NCBI RefSeq assembly: GCF_006345805.1 | Contig: NW_021833058.1 | Location: forward strand, 1-64,000 | Source of the DNA: Octopus sinensis | Taxonomy: Eukaryota | Length of the DNA: 64,000 nt | Direction: 5' to 3' | Part shown: piece after piece, positions 51,330-64,000 of the stretch | Numbering within the stretch: position 1 is the first letter of the stretch | Layout: each line of letters opens with the position of its first letter | Made by a program: the position numbers and the translations under genes | Notes under the pieces: generated by a model | The model's input: only the letters and a program-made list of their open reading frames with translations | Databases searched by the model: none | What the model was told of the DNA's origin: nothing

Positions 51330-52188
51330 TGTGTAGGAGATATAGATATGCAGATAGCAGACTTCGTCGAAAGCCCATCTTCGAAAAAAGTACAAATGCG
51401 TCCATTTTCGGAAAAATACAAAACGTAAAATTGCCCATTCGAATTATTGTTACAGATGAAAACAATTATTGGCGTCAATACAATGGAATGAAACACTTCA
51501 AGTAGTGGTAATCAGATATATATGATCAGAGTTCACTCACTAAATTCAATAGAAACAGACTACAAGAATGCTTCGAGAGAGATGGGAAAGCACGTATAAC
51601 CGCACAGAAAGAAATACACAGAGAGAGAGAGGGGGGGGAGAGGTAGAAAGAGAATGAGAGAGATGTCTATATGTAGGTAGATATTTCTGTATAAATGAAT
51701 ATAAATAAAAAATGAAATAATAAAATGAAAAAAAAGATGAATATAAGTATCTAAGAAAATAGGTGAAAATGGAAGATTTGAAAATTAGTCGAAGCTGACA
51801 TTTTGTGGCAAATAGAAAACAAGAAAGCGAAAATGTGTTTTAAATATAAGGTAAACGCGAGAAACTTTTGGTTGGAAATGAACACTTACGCTGTATTTCT
51901 ATAAAATGTATTAACATCAACCATAAAGAGGCATGTCCATCTATATGAGCGTATACCAATGTTACACATGTGTATGTATGTCCCCCCTCTCTCTCTATAT
52001 ATGTATATATTGGATGTATGTATATATAAAAGCATGCTAACACGTATGTCGATGCCTTCCTTTTCAAACTGTTACAGAGAAGATATTAATGTAATTAAAG
52101 GAGTTTATTTTGTCTTCTTTCCTATTTATACTCTCTCTTCTCTTTCTCTCCTCTCCCTCCCTTTCTGTCTGTCTTTCTTTCTTTCTTC

Positions 52189-52223
<35 letters not shown>

Positions 52224-52299
52224 TTTTCTTTCTTTCTTCTTTCTTCCTGTGTCTTGGATGTAATCTTCTCTCTATATTTATATGTATATAGTATGTGTA

Positions 52300-52371
<72 letters not shown>

Positions 52372-53402
52372 TAAATAAAATAAAACATATGCATATATAT
52401 AAACATATATGTACGTACCTACCTCTACATGTACATATACACGCATATATGTGTACAGGACACCAAAGGACGTCGAACACACAGAGAGACGAAACACATA
52501 ACACAAACCAAAGGAACTGGACATTTTTTTAAACAACAAAAAATAGAGTACAGGACAATTAAACAAAGAAAAAACCCCTTCTTCAGTCGCTATGGTCTCA
52601 TCTACTCTACGTTTCGAAGGTGAAAGCGAGACGTATCTTCGACAAACACTTTCCTTCCTGCGAAAAGCAAATCAATTAAAATTCTGAGATCTTTTCGTAG
52701 AGGGGTAAAAAAAGGTTAACAAAAACAGGACAGTAACGACAGTACAAATTATAAACAGTAAAAGACAGGACAAGGAAAAACAAGATAGGAGGGCTGTTAA
52801 CGCCGAACGAAAAAAAGTATTGCGAACGCGGATTTTTTTTATGAACGACGAGCGAGCAAAAAGAATTGTCGTCCATACCTTGAGAGGGCCAGGCCAGAAA
52901 GACAGCAGCGGAAGTCTCGTCGCGGGTCAACGACGGGAGGGGGGAGGAGGAGCAAGAGAAAGGGAGAAGAAGGGGATGGCTGCGAGGAAACCATGAAGAA
53001 TGAAGAGGGAGAGAGAGAGAGTGAAGAATGAGAGAGAGGAAGAGACAAGTTAAGTAGAGGAAAAGGAAATCAAAGAATGAAGGTTGAGAAAGGGATGGGA
53101 CAGAAAGGTTAAGAGTGCGCCATCAAAGTTATAATACCAAGAACAAAACTTGATATAAAGAACAATCTTACTTAAACGGATGCGTGCGTTTCGTCATATA
53201 ATATATTAATAAATATAAATTAAAACATATGCATATATATAAACATATATGTACGTACCTACCTCTACATGTACATATATACGCATATATGTGTACAGGA
53301 CACCAAAACATATTTATACACACATATACACATATACATACATAGGTACATACAACGTACATAAACAGATATGTATGAATGTATATATATATATTATATA
53401 TA

Positions 53403-53468
<66 letters not shown>

Positions 53469-53561
53469 ACACACTCACACACACACACATTATATTATAT
53501 ATACAGATATGTATTATACATTACACACCACACACACACAAACACACACATTATCAGCTTT

Positions 53562-54045
53562 ATATACTTAACGCATATGCTTCGAGTATTTGTAGGTAAG
53601 CTACGGTGGAGAATGTTCTCTCAAAGCAGCGAGTATAAAAAACACTTAAAAGTCATGAACAGGCGAGACAACTCACCTTCAATCCTATCTAGGTGTGACG
53701 GACACCGATGTTTCGACCTTTTTATGGCTTCTCAACATCGTGCATCCGACAGGATCGGAGACGAATTATTTGGCCAGTCCACGACTTATATGCTCTTAGT
53801 GTGCAAACCAATTGAAATATAAAATAAAACCAGCAGTTGCATAATAAACAGTACTAACCACATATACTTAACGCATATGCTGCGTGTATTATTTGCCAGT
53901 ATGCTGCTGCTGGTGTGGTGGAGAAGACTCTCTCAAAGCATTGGGTGTAAAAGCACCTCAGAGTCATAGACAGACGAGACAACTCACCTTCGTTCCTATT
54001 TAGGACTGATGGACATCGATGCCTGGCCATTTTTGTGGCTTTTGA
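53562..54045. repeat. Diverged direct repeat with ~300-bp period, containing an HHR
   Basis: atatacttaacgcatatgc at 53562 and 53862; gagacaactcaccttc occurs in both copies. Confidence 0.7.
53697..53739 (-). ncRNA. Minimal hammerhead motif with U3-A8 core
   Basis: gatg-TTGAGAA-gcc...ggtc-GAA-ACATCGGTGT-C-cgtc; GUC site. Confidence 0.6.
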
Positions 54046-54063
54046 GGACTCTATGTGTGTTTG

Positions 54064-54064
<1 letters not shown>

Positions 54065-54102
<38 letters not shown>

Positions 54103-54145
54103 ATATCTATCTATCTATCTATCTATCTGTCTGTCTGTCTCTCTG

Positions 54146-54216
<71 letters not shown>

Positions 54217-54237
54217 GTCTGTCTGTCTGTCTCTCTG

Positions 54238-54332
<95 letters not shown>

Positions 54333-54382
54333 GTCTGTCTGTCTGTCTCTCTGTCTATCTATCTATCTATCTATCTATCTAC

Positions 54383-54424
<42 letters not shown>

Positions 54425-54467
54425 GTCTGTCTGTCTCTCTGTCTATCTATCTATCTATCTATCTATC
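54065..54467. repeat. (TATC)n/(TGTC)n compound microsatellite
   Basis: Seen directly in the sequence. Confidence 0.95.
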
Positions 54468-54736
54468 CTTCTATATATATGCATATATAATATATATATA
54501 TATATTATATATATATATAGCAAATAATATTATATATATATATAACACATACACATGCATTAAAATAATCCAGGCACTCATCCATACACACACACACACA
54601 CACACATACACATATGCTTTCATTAGAATTTTTCAGCTCTTTCGTATTTGTGCAACCCATCAAAGAACAAAGAAACAGCACCAGCTTTATCAACCACCAA
54701 CACCAACACCAACACCAACACCAACATCACCATCAC

Positions 54737-54795
<59 letters not shown>

Positions 54796-55554
54796 ACTTC
54801 TGCAGCGAGAGCAATAATAAACTCCTGTTCGGACTTCTCATTTAACATCTGAGAAGAATGAGTTTTAGTATGAAATAATTACTTCTATACAATATGTATG
54901 GGTGTATACACCGCACACATACACACACACACACACGCACGCAAACACACATCCATCTAGGAGTGTGCGTGCGGGCATATGTTGTGTGTGTGTGTGTGTT
55001 GTGTGTGAGCGTGTTTGTGTATGTGTGTATGTGTGTCTGTGTGTTCAGGAAAAAAACTGTACCAATGGACAAGACAAAAAGAAAACTAAAAATTTGAGAT
55101 ACACGTGACGTTTATTATATATATATATATATATATATATCATACATACATGCATATATATATTTATATATGTATATGTATGCATATGTATGTGCGTGTG
55201 TGTGTGTGTGTGTGTGTCTGTGTGTGTGTATATGTATGTGTGGGTGTATGTGTATTGGAGACTCTTTTCATTATAAAAAAATAGGAGCAAAACCAATACC
55301 AACAACAGTAATGGTATAGTTTTTTTTTTTGAAGTATAGGAATGTAGTTTTTTTTTTTTGTGTCATTCCAAAGAATAATGGAAACAAGCAAATAAAAAAA
55401 TAACAATTTAACAATAAGAAAAGAAAAAAAAAATTGGAAATATTCATCAAATTATATAAAACATATTATAAAAAAAAGTGACAACGCGGATAAAGATAAC
55501 TAAGCGAACACAAATAGAGAGAACGACAATAGAAATACCTACAGGAAACTATTG

Positions 55555-55594
<40 letters not shown>

Positions 55595-55609
55595 ATATAA
55601 TAATAGTAA

Positions 55610-55658
<49 letters not shown>

Positions 55659-55713
55659 GGTGGTGGTAGTAGTAGTAGTAGTGGTAGTAGTGGTGGTGGT
55701 GGTGGTGGTAGTA

Positions 55714-55763
<50 letters not shown>

Positions 55764-55883
55764 TATGAGGGCACTGACGATGATGATCGTAGTGATGGCG
55801 ATGGTACTATTTAGCTTTATTCACTGCAAAAAAAAAACTTTAATGACCTACATCAAATAGAAATAAATATAAGTATTTGTTAC

Positions 55884-55936
<53 letters not shown>

Positions 55937-56205
55937 ACACACATACGCACATACAAGCACGCATAGACGCGTAAATATATAAATAAATAAATAAATATAT
56001 ATATATATATATGTGTATATATATATATATGTATATATATGTGTGTCTTTATATATATATGCGTGTGTATGTGCAAATATATGTATGCGCATATATATAT
56101 ATATTTATATATGTATATATGTATATTAAGTGCGTGTATATATATATATACACACACACATATACATATATATACATATATATATATATGCATATATATA
56201 ATATA

Positions 56206-56245
<40 letters not shown>

Positions 56246-57550
56246 ATACACGGACACATATGTTTATATGTTTATGTGCATGTGAGATATGTGCTTGTGT
56301 ATGTATAAGATGCTCAAACTTCTCCCCTTCTGTTTAACTGTGTAACTTCAATATGTCTGCCAGCTTCCCTTGTCTTACAAGTAAACACCGCCCTGCGTCA
56401 GCCATCGTCATCACCAACTATTCAATAAAAATAATGTCAAAGTTAGCTATAGTTGAACCATAAATCCGCATACAGCCATAATCATGATCAACGACAGAAA
56501 ATCCATATATTGATAGATTCCAAACCCATCACTTCAATAAAACTGCACTAATACGACGTCCTGTCCTCAGGGTGTCACAAAGCCAACTGTGTGCCGTGGA
56601 ATGATGACTTTCACAGAGGCTGTGGAAGAAACGCTTTATTGGATTATTGAAAGCACTTTTAACAAAAAGAAAACTCGGAACAAAAATATTCCTTCAAGAA
56701 TTTTTAACAAACGCAACTGTTTCATACTGATTGTTATTTGAGACAGAGAACAGAGACACAATTTCAGAGTTAACTGGTCTATCGCTGAAAGAAACCAGAT
56801 AATGGTGAAGATGATGATGATGACGACGACGACGACGACGATGATGATGATGTATACATTGATGTATGCTTTGTTTATCAGAAACGTTTAATATTTTAAC
56901 ACTAAGCTGTCACGAATTAAACAAGTCTGAGCTGATCTCCACCTGCCGTCACAAAAAAGAAAAGAAATGTAGCTGTTAAGGTACTTAATCACCTTCACCA
57001 GACGATGCTGACTAAGCTAAAACTTAGAAATAGCTGTCAGTTTTTTTCTTGTGAAAATAAGTGTCATAATTTACTGAAAGATATTGAACAATCCTTGAAT
57101 TCCTGTTTTTTGTATATAAAATGTAGATAATATCATTAAAACACACATATATCTGTTTTTCATACGTGTGCTTGTTTATTTATGATTTAATGGCGTTCCA
57201 GAAAACTCGGATGGTGATGGCTAAAATCGCCTCGCTGCATTGGTGTATGACTGGCTGACCGTCGTAACGTATCCCACAAAACATGTGAAAAGCTGACGGG
57301 GGTCTGGTCTTTTGCTTCTTTTAGAAGAGGCAGGTTTTGCTGGTGAGAAGATCCCTCTGCTACCAACATTCACACCAACAAAGTCTGGAGATGCAGTGGA
57401 TGATGAAGAGTGGGCACACTGTGAGATCATGATTATGGCTGTATGCGGATTTAGGAACTCTGTGACCTCCATAATTGTTGAGGAGGCGCCGCTCTATGTA
57501 GTCCTCCATTTTGAGATTCTTTCTTGTTATTTTGCTTTATCTAAGAAATT

Positions 57551-57785
57551 ATTCTGTTGTGTCTGGGGAGAGTCATTTTCTTTTTGTGCCTTATTATTTA
57601 ACACACTCACCGTTGCGTCTTGCAACCTTTTCAATAGTTTTGACTGTCAAAACTATTGAAAAGGTTGCAAGACGCAACGAAAATTTTAGGACAATAAAAA
57701 TAAGAAAAAAGTGGAAATTTTACCTTTGAATGTGTTAAATAATAAGGCACAAAAAGAGAATGACTCTTCCCAGACACAACAGAAT
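57551..57785. repeat. Nested fold-back: perfect 34-bp hairpin 57611-57679 inside an outer IR 57551-57609 / 57727-57785
   Basis: Arms checked base by base for the inner hairpin. Confidence 0.9.
57645..57693 (+). ncRNA. Ultra-minimal hammerhead motif with U3-A8 core
   Basis: tgtc-aaaa-cta-TTGAAAA-g-gttgc-aagac-gcaac-GAA-AATT-T-tag-gaca. Confidence 0.55.
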
Positions 57786-59845
57786 ATGCTTCAACACACG
57801 AACTCACATAAAGAACCTTGCAAACCAAATCCAAAAACTAAATAAGAAATTATTATTATTACTCTTTATTCTTTCAAGTTCCGCCGAGTCGACTTCACTT
57901 TTCATCCTTCCAGAATCAATAAAATAAGTACCAGCTGAGCACTGGGGTCGACCTAACCCCTTCTCTGACATTGTTGACCCTGTGCCAAAATCTGTTACCG
58001 TTATTACCCTTTATTCTTGGCTTTTGTTACCGAAGATTTTATTTGATGCCACCTCCCTCCCCCAGCTTTCATGCTTTTGTACGCGTCTTGTGTCATGGCA
58101 GCCCACAGAGGAAACCATCATTATTATTATTAACATGGCGATAGATCGACAAACTCGGTAGATTGTCCAGTAATATGTCCTGTGTTACTTGTTCCACCTC
58201 TTTACCTTCTGAGTTCAAATCCCACTCAAATCAACTTTGCTTTCATCTCTCTGCGATCAATAAGATAAAGTACCAATCATGTACTGGAGTCGACAAAATT
58301 CCCCCTTCAAAAGTTCTGGCCTTGTACTTAAATTAGAAATCGGTATTATGATGGTGAGCATCGCGTTTGATTGACAGAATCGGTAGAGCATAGGAGAATA
58401 TGCTTGCGGTTGTTGTTACGGTTCTTTGCCATCTGAGTTCAAATATTGTTGAAGTCAACCTTGTCTTTTATCTCCCCGTGATCAATAAAATGAAATACCA
58501 ATCACACAGGCCGATATATCCCCAATTCCTGGCCTTGTCCGGTATAAGAATATTACTTATTAGTCTTTGAATTAACATCTTGTTCTGTTTCCATGTTCTT
58601 GCAAGTATTTCCTTTATGTGTATTTATATCAACACTTCAATTGCTGTTTGTTTATTTGCAGTCATGTAAATTACACAAGTATCGACAGTGAGATGTTATC
58701 ATTACGTCATATACGGCTTCCCTTCCTCCACCTCAAAATTACCTTTGCTTATTTTCGTAAAGACAGATAATGTTTCCTACTACAACTTACGGACATCTTA
58801 ACTGTTATACTCTTTCTGTCTGTCAACGAACTAAATCTTTACCGCAGATATAAAATCACCCACAGAATATCATCAGCAGATTTGTTATTATATGTCAGTG
58901 TTGCCGAGCTTGTTATGTTCAACGAATAATCTCAGTTTATAATGTAGAAATATTATACACTTGCTTTGTATTGGGAGCTTTTCTTGATTCTACATTTCAA
59001 ACATATTTGGGTCCCGGTTTGCATTCCTTGTCTTTATTTGCATTCCTTGCATTTCATTTATGTCGCTACATATTTTGGAAACTGCATGCACGTTACAACA
59101 CTTCTGCTGCCAACCCAATCACAAAACTTTTCCTGAAATCTCCATGGTTGATCCTAGTGGATACCTCAAACCAATGAAGTTCAACTAAATATCAATATCG
59201 TATCATTGCGCTGGATAAATTGATCATTATTCTCCCACTTCAACTCTCTCTCTTTCCCTTACTCTCTCATTCTCTCCCGTCTCTGTCGCACACACAGTAA
59301 TATATTGACACTGATGCGTGAATTAATGGATGAATGAATGAATGCGAATGAATCAATAAATAGATGATATAGGTTGAAATCACTGTTGTTGTTCCATTGT
59401 TCGCTATTATTGTTCAGTGAGCCAGAAAAGATTTATCAAACACCATTCCACAAATAGATTGATTATCTAAAAGTCGTTTTCCATATTGTCTCCAACACAG
59501 AACCAACCGTTCACCAATTGTCCATATAGATCAGAGATGCTTGATAACCTCTTTGAAACCGGAGAAAAATATATCGCAACTGATTGGATACATAGAAAAT
59601 ATGATACGTTTCAGTCTGTACTTTTATTCTTTCACTGGTTTAAGCCATTGGACTGCAGTCATGCTGGGCACCGGCTTCATTGGTTTTAATCAATCATGTT
59701 GACCCCAGTAATTATTTCATCTCCTATACGTATTTTATCGATTTCTGTTTATCAAATGATTAAGCTTTGCCTTTGGGATATATATTATATATATATATAT
59801 AAAAAAAAATAATATGTATGTATATGTATATATATATATTCTATA

Positions 59846-59876
<31 letters not shown>

Positions 59877-59950
59877 GTATATTATATATATATATATAAA
59901 ATAATAATAATAATGTATGTATATGTATATATATATATATATTATATGTC

Positions 59951-59984
<34 letters not shown>

Positions 59985-59992
59985 CTATATAT

Positions 59993-60040
<48 letters not shown>

Positions 60041-60060
60041 ATATATATATATATATATAA

Positions 60061-63000
60061 TTATTAGAGAGTTATCCACTATGTGGATAACTCTAGTGCT
60101 AAAAATAGCTCCGAAGCAACCACAGAAGAACTGTTTCCAACTAGAATCAACATACATTTAGCGGAAGGAAGTGAAATACAACGAATAAAATAGATTGACT
60201 CTATACAATTGTTTCATTACTAATGTAATATGTAGTTTTACTTACACTTACATCTATAAATCTTCGGTAGAGTTTGTCAGAAATGCAATTAATTAGATCG
60301 ATTCGAGCGTCAAAAACACGAGCGGTCCAACCAATTACATTTTTAGTTATGTCTCAAATTCCGCGCCAAAAGCATGCCTAGACTCCATTGGAAACGTATG
60401 CCGCATCAAATAAAATATTGACTGCCGCGTAGTTAAATTTATAAAATTATAAATGAGGGTGAAAAATCGATATTATTTAATAATACCATTAATTTAACAC
60501 CAATGGCTTAGCACAAAAAACTACGGAGAAAATACAAATTTATACATAAATTATTAGAGAGTTATCCACTATGTGGATAACTCTAGGCTAAAAATAGCTC
60601 CGAAGCAACCACAGAAGAACTGTTTCCAACTAGAATCAACATACATTTAGCGGAAGGAAAGTGAAATACAACGAATAAAATGATTGACTCTATACAATTG
60701 TTTCATTACTAATGTAATATGTAGTTTTACTTACACTTACATCTATAAATCTTCGGTAGAGTTGTCAGAAATGCAATTAATTAGATCGATTCGAGCGTCA
60801 AAAACACGAGCGGTCCAACCAATTACATTTTTAGTTATGTCTCAAATTCCGCGCCAAAAGCATGCCTAGACTCCATTGGAAACGTATGCCGCATCAAATA
60901 AAATATTGACTGCCGCGTAGTTTAATTTATAAAATTATAAATGAGGGTGAAAAATCGATATTAATTTAATATACCATTAATTTAACACCAAGTGGCTTAG
61001 CACAAAAAACTACGGAGAAAATACAAATTTATACATAAATTATTAGAGAGTTATCCACTATGTGGATAACTCTAGTGCTAAAAATAGCTCCGAAGCAACC
61101 ACAGAAGAACTGTTTCCAACTAGAATCAACATACATTTAGCGGAAGGAAAGTGAAATACAACGAATAAAATAGATTGACTCTATACAATTGTTTCATTAC
61201 TAATGTAATATGTAGTTTTACTTACACTTACATCTATAAATCTTCGGTAGAGTTTGTCAGAAATGCAATTAATTAGATCGATTCGAGCGTCAAAAACACG
61301 AGCGGTCCAACCAATTACATTTTTAGTTATGTCTCAAATTCCGCGCCAAAAGCATGCCTAGACTCCATTGGAAACGTATGCCGCATCAATAAAATATTGA
61401 CTGCCGCGTAGTTAAATTTTATAAATTATAAATGAGGGTGAAAAATCGATATTAATTTAATAATACCATTAATTTAACACCAAGTGGCTTAGCACAAAAA
61501 ACTACGGAGAAAATACAAATTTATACATAAATTAGTAGAGAGTATCCACTATGTGGATAACTCTAGTGCTAAAAATAGCTCCGAAGCAACCACAGAGAAC
61601 TGTTTCCAACTAGAATCAACATACATTTAGCGGAAGGAAAGTGAAATACAACGAATAAAATAATTGACTCTATACAATTGTTTCATTACTAATGTTTTAA
61701 TCTGTAGTTTTCTTACACTTACATCTATAAATCTTCGGTAGAGTTTGTCAGAAATGCAATTAATTAGATCGATCGAGCGTCAAAAACACGAGCGGTCCAA
61801 CCAATTACATTTCTAGTTATGTCTCAAATTCCGCGCAAAAGCATGCCTAGACTCCATTGGAAACGTATGCCGCTCAAATAAAATATTGACTGCCGCGTAG
61901 TTAAATTTATAAAATTATAAATGAGGGTGAAAAATCGATATTAATTTAATAATACCATTAATTTAACCCAAGTGGCTTAGCACAAAAAACTACGGAGAAA
62001 AATACAATTTATACATAAATTATTAGAGAGTTATCCACTATGTGGATAACTCTAGTGCTAAAAATAGCTCCGAAGCAACCACAGAAGAACTGTTTCCAAC
62101 TAGAATCAACATACATTTAGCGGAAGGAAAGTGAAATACAACGAATAAAATAGATTGACTCTATACAATTGTTTCATTACTAATGTAATATGTAGTTTTA
62201 CTTACACTTACATCTATAAATCTTCGGTAGAGTTTTCAGAAATGCATTAATTAGATCGATTCGAGCGTCAAAAACACGAGCGGTCCAACCAATTACATTT
62301 TTAGTTATGTCTCAAATTCCGCGCCAAAAGCATGCCTAGACTCCATTGGAAACGTATGCCGCATCAAATAAAATATTGACTGCCGCGTAGTTAATTTATA
62401 AAATTATAAATGAGGGTGAAAAATCGATATTAATTTAATAATACCATTAATTTAAACCAAGTGGCTTAGCACAAAAAACTACGGAGAAAATACAAATTTA
62501 TACATAAATTATTAGAGAGTTATCCACTATGTGGATAACTCTAGTGCTAAAAATAGCTCCGAAGCAACCACAGAAGAACTGTTTCCAACTAGAATCAACA
62601 TACATTTAGCGGAAGGAAGTTATGTCTCAAATTCCGCGCCAAAAGCATGCCTAGACTCCATTGGAAACGTATGCCGCATCAAATAAAATATTGACTGCCG
62701 CGTAGTTAAATTTATAAAATTATAAATGAGGGTGAAAAATCGATATTAATCTAATAATACCATTAATTTAACACCAAGTGGCTTAGCACAAAAAACTACG
62801 GAGACAATACACAATTTATACATAAATTATTAGAGAGTTATCCACTATGTGGATAACTCTAGTGCTAAAAATAGCTCCGAAGCAACCACAGAAGAACTGT
62901 TTCCAACTAGAATCAACATACATTTAGCGAAGGAAAGTGAAATACAACGAATAAAATAGATTGACTCTATACAATTGTTCATTACTAATGTAATATGTAG

Positions 63001-64000
63001 TTTTACTTACACTTACATCTATAAATCATCGGTAGAGTTTGTCAGAAATGCAATTAATTAGATCGATTCGAGCGTCAAAAACACGAGCGGTCCAACCAAT
63101 TACATATTTTTATATGTCTCAAATTCCGCGCCAAAAGCATGCCTATACTCCATTGGAAACGTATGCCGCATCAAATAAAATATTGACTGCCGCGTAGTTA
63201 AATTTATAAAATTATAAATGAGGGTGAAAAATCGATATTAATTTAATAATACCATTAATTTAACACCAAGTGGCTTAGCACAAAAAACTACGGAGAAAAT
63301 ACAAATTTATACATAAATTATTAGAGAGTATCCACTATGTGGATAACTCTAGTGCTAAAAATAGCTCCGAAGCAACCACAGAAGAACTGTTTCCACTAGA
63401 ATCAACATACATTTAGCGGAAGGAAAGTGAAATACAACGAATAAATGATTGACTCTATACAATTGTTTCATTACTAATGTAATATGTAGTTTTACTTACA
63501 CTTACATCTATAATCTTCGGTAGAGTTTGTCAGGATGCAATTAATTAGATCGATTCGAGCGTCAAAAACACGAGCGGTCCAACCAATTACATTTTTAGTT
63601 ATGTCTCAAATTCCGCGCCAAAAGCATGCCTAGACTCCATTGGAAACGTATGCCGCATCCAATAAAATATTGACTGCCGCGTAGTTAAATTTATAAAATT
63701 ATAAATGAGGGTGTGAAAAATCGATATTAATTTAATAATACCATTATTTAACACCAAGTGGCTTAGCACAAAAAACTACGGAGAAAATACAAATTTATAC
63801 ATAAATTATTAGAGAGTTATCCACTATGTGGATAACTCTAGTGCTAAAAATAGCTCCGAAGCAACCACAGAAGAACTGTTTCCAACTAGAATCAACATAC
63901 ATTTCGGAAGGAAAGTGAAATACAACGAATAAAATAGATTGACTCTATACAATTGTTTCATTACTAATGTAATATGTAGTTTTACTTACACTTACATCTA
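60061..64000 (-). repeat. Tandem array of ~490-bp units carrying hammerhead motifs (retrozyme/PLE pseudo-LTR-like satellite)
   Basis: Unit starts at 60061, 60551, 61040, 61532, 62020, 62509 (318-bp deleted unit), 62827, 63318 and 63806 (runs off the window). Begins at a (TA)n tract. Confidence 0.95.
60198..60273 (-). ncRNA. Type I hammerhead variant, first array copy (others 60687-60762, 61178-61253, 61667-61744, 62158-62233, 62964-63038, 63452-63526)
   Basis: actcta-CCGAAGA-t-[ttat/gtaa, atgtaa/ttacat, gtgta/tacat]-t-GAA-ACAATTGT-A-tagagt. Predicted cut between 60204 and 60203. Confidence 0.7.

Noticed and set aside
57187-57500. GC-richer ORFs as a host exon
   Set aside because: No recognisable domain or convincing splice sites.
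60684-60869. 61-aa ORF in the array
   Set aside because: Present in only one unit, owing to indels.

Overview
AT-rich, microsatellite-laden eukaryotic DNA. The SINE families and (TA)n/(CA)n/(TATG)n density look like an octopus (coleoid cephalopod) genome; this is recognition, not a database result. Almost all listed ORFs are microsatellite or SINE read-through. Supported features: a near-intact DD37D (maT-type) Tc1/mariner transposon (2725-4010); a full-length, pol-decayed Ty3/Gypsy LTR element (6656-10837) with an intact -1 frameshift signal, nested in a Helitron-like element; RTE-like LINE fragments; three SINE families, one forming multimers with a fixed junction; a hAT MITE; and two candidate signal-peptide exons of a minus-strand host gene near 15.8-16.9 kb. 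The most striking unannotated signal is a set of type I hammerhead ribozyme (HHR) motifs. About ten dispersed motifs, mostly in Penelope-like fold-back fragments next to (TA)n, show covariation of the 3-8 core pair (C-G, U-A, G-C). A near-homogeneous ~490-bp tandem array from 60061 to the window end carries one minus-strand HHR variant per full unit, a retrozyme-like architecture that could yield unit-length (circular) RNAs. All RNA folds were derived by eye and are untested.
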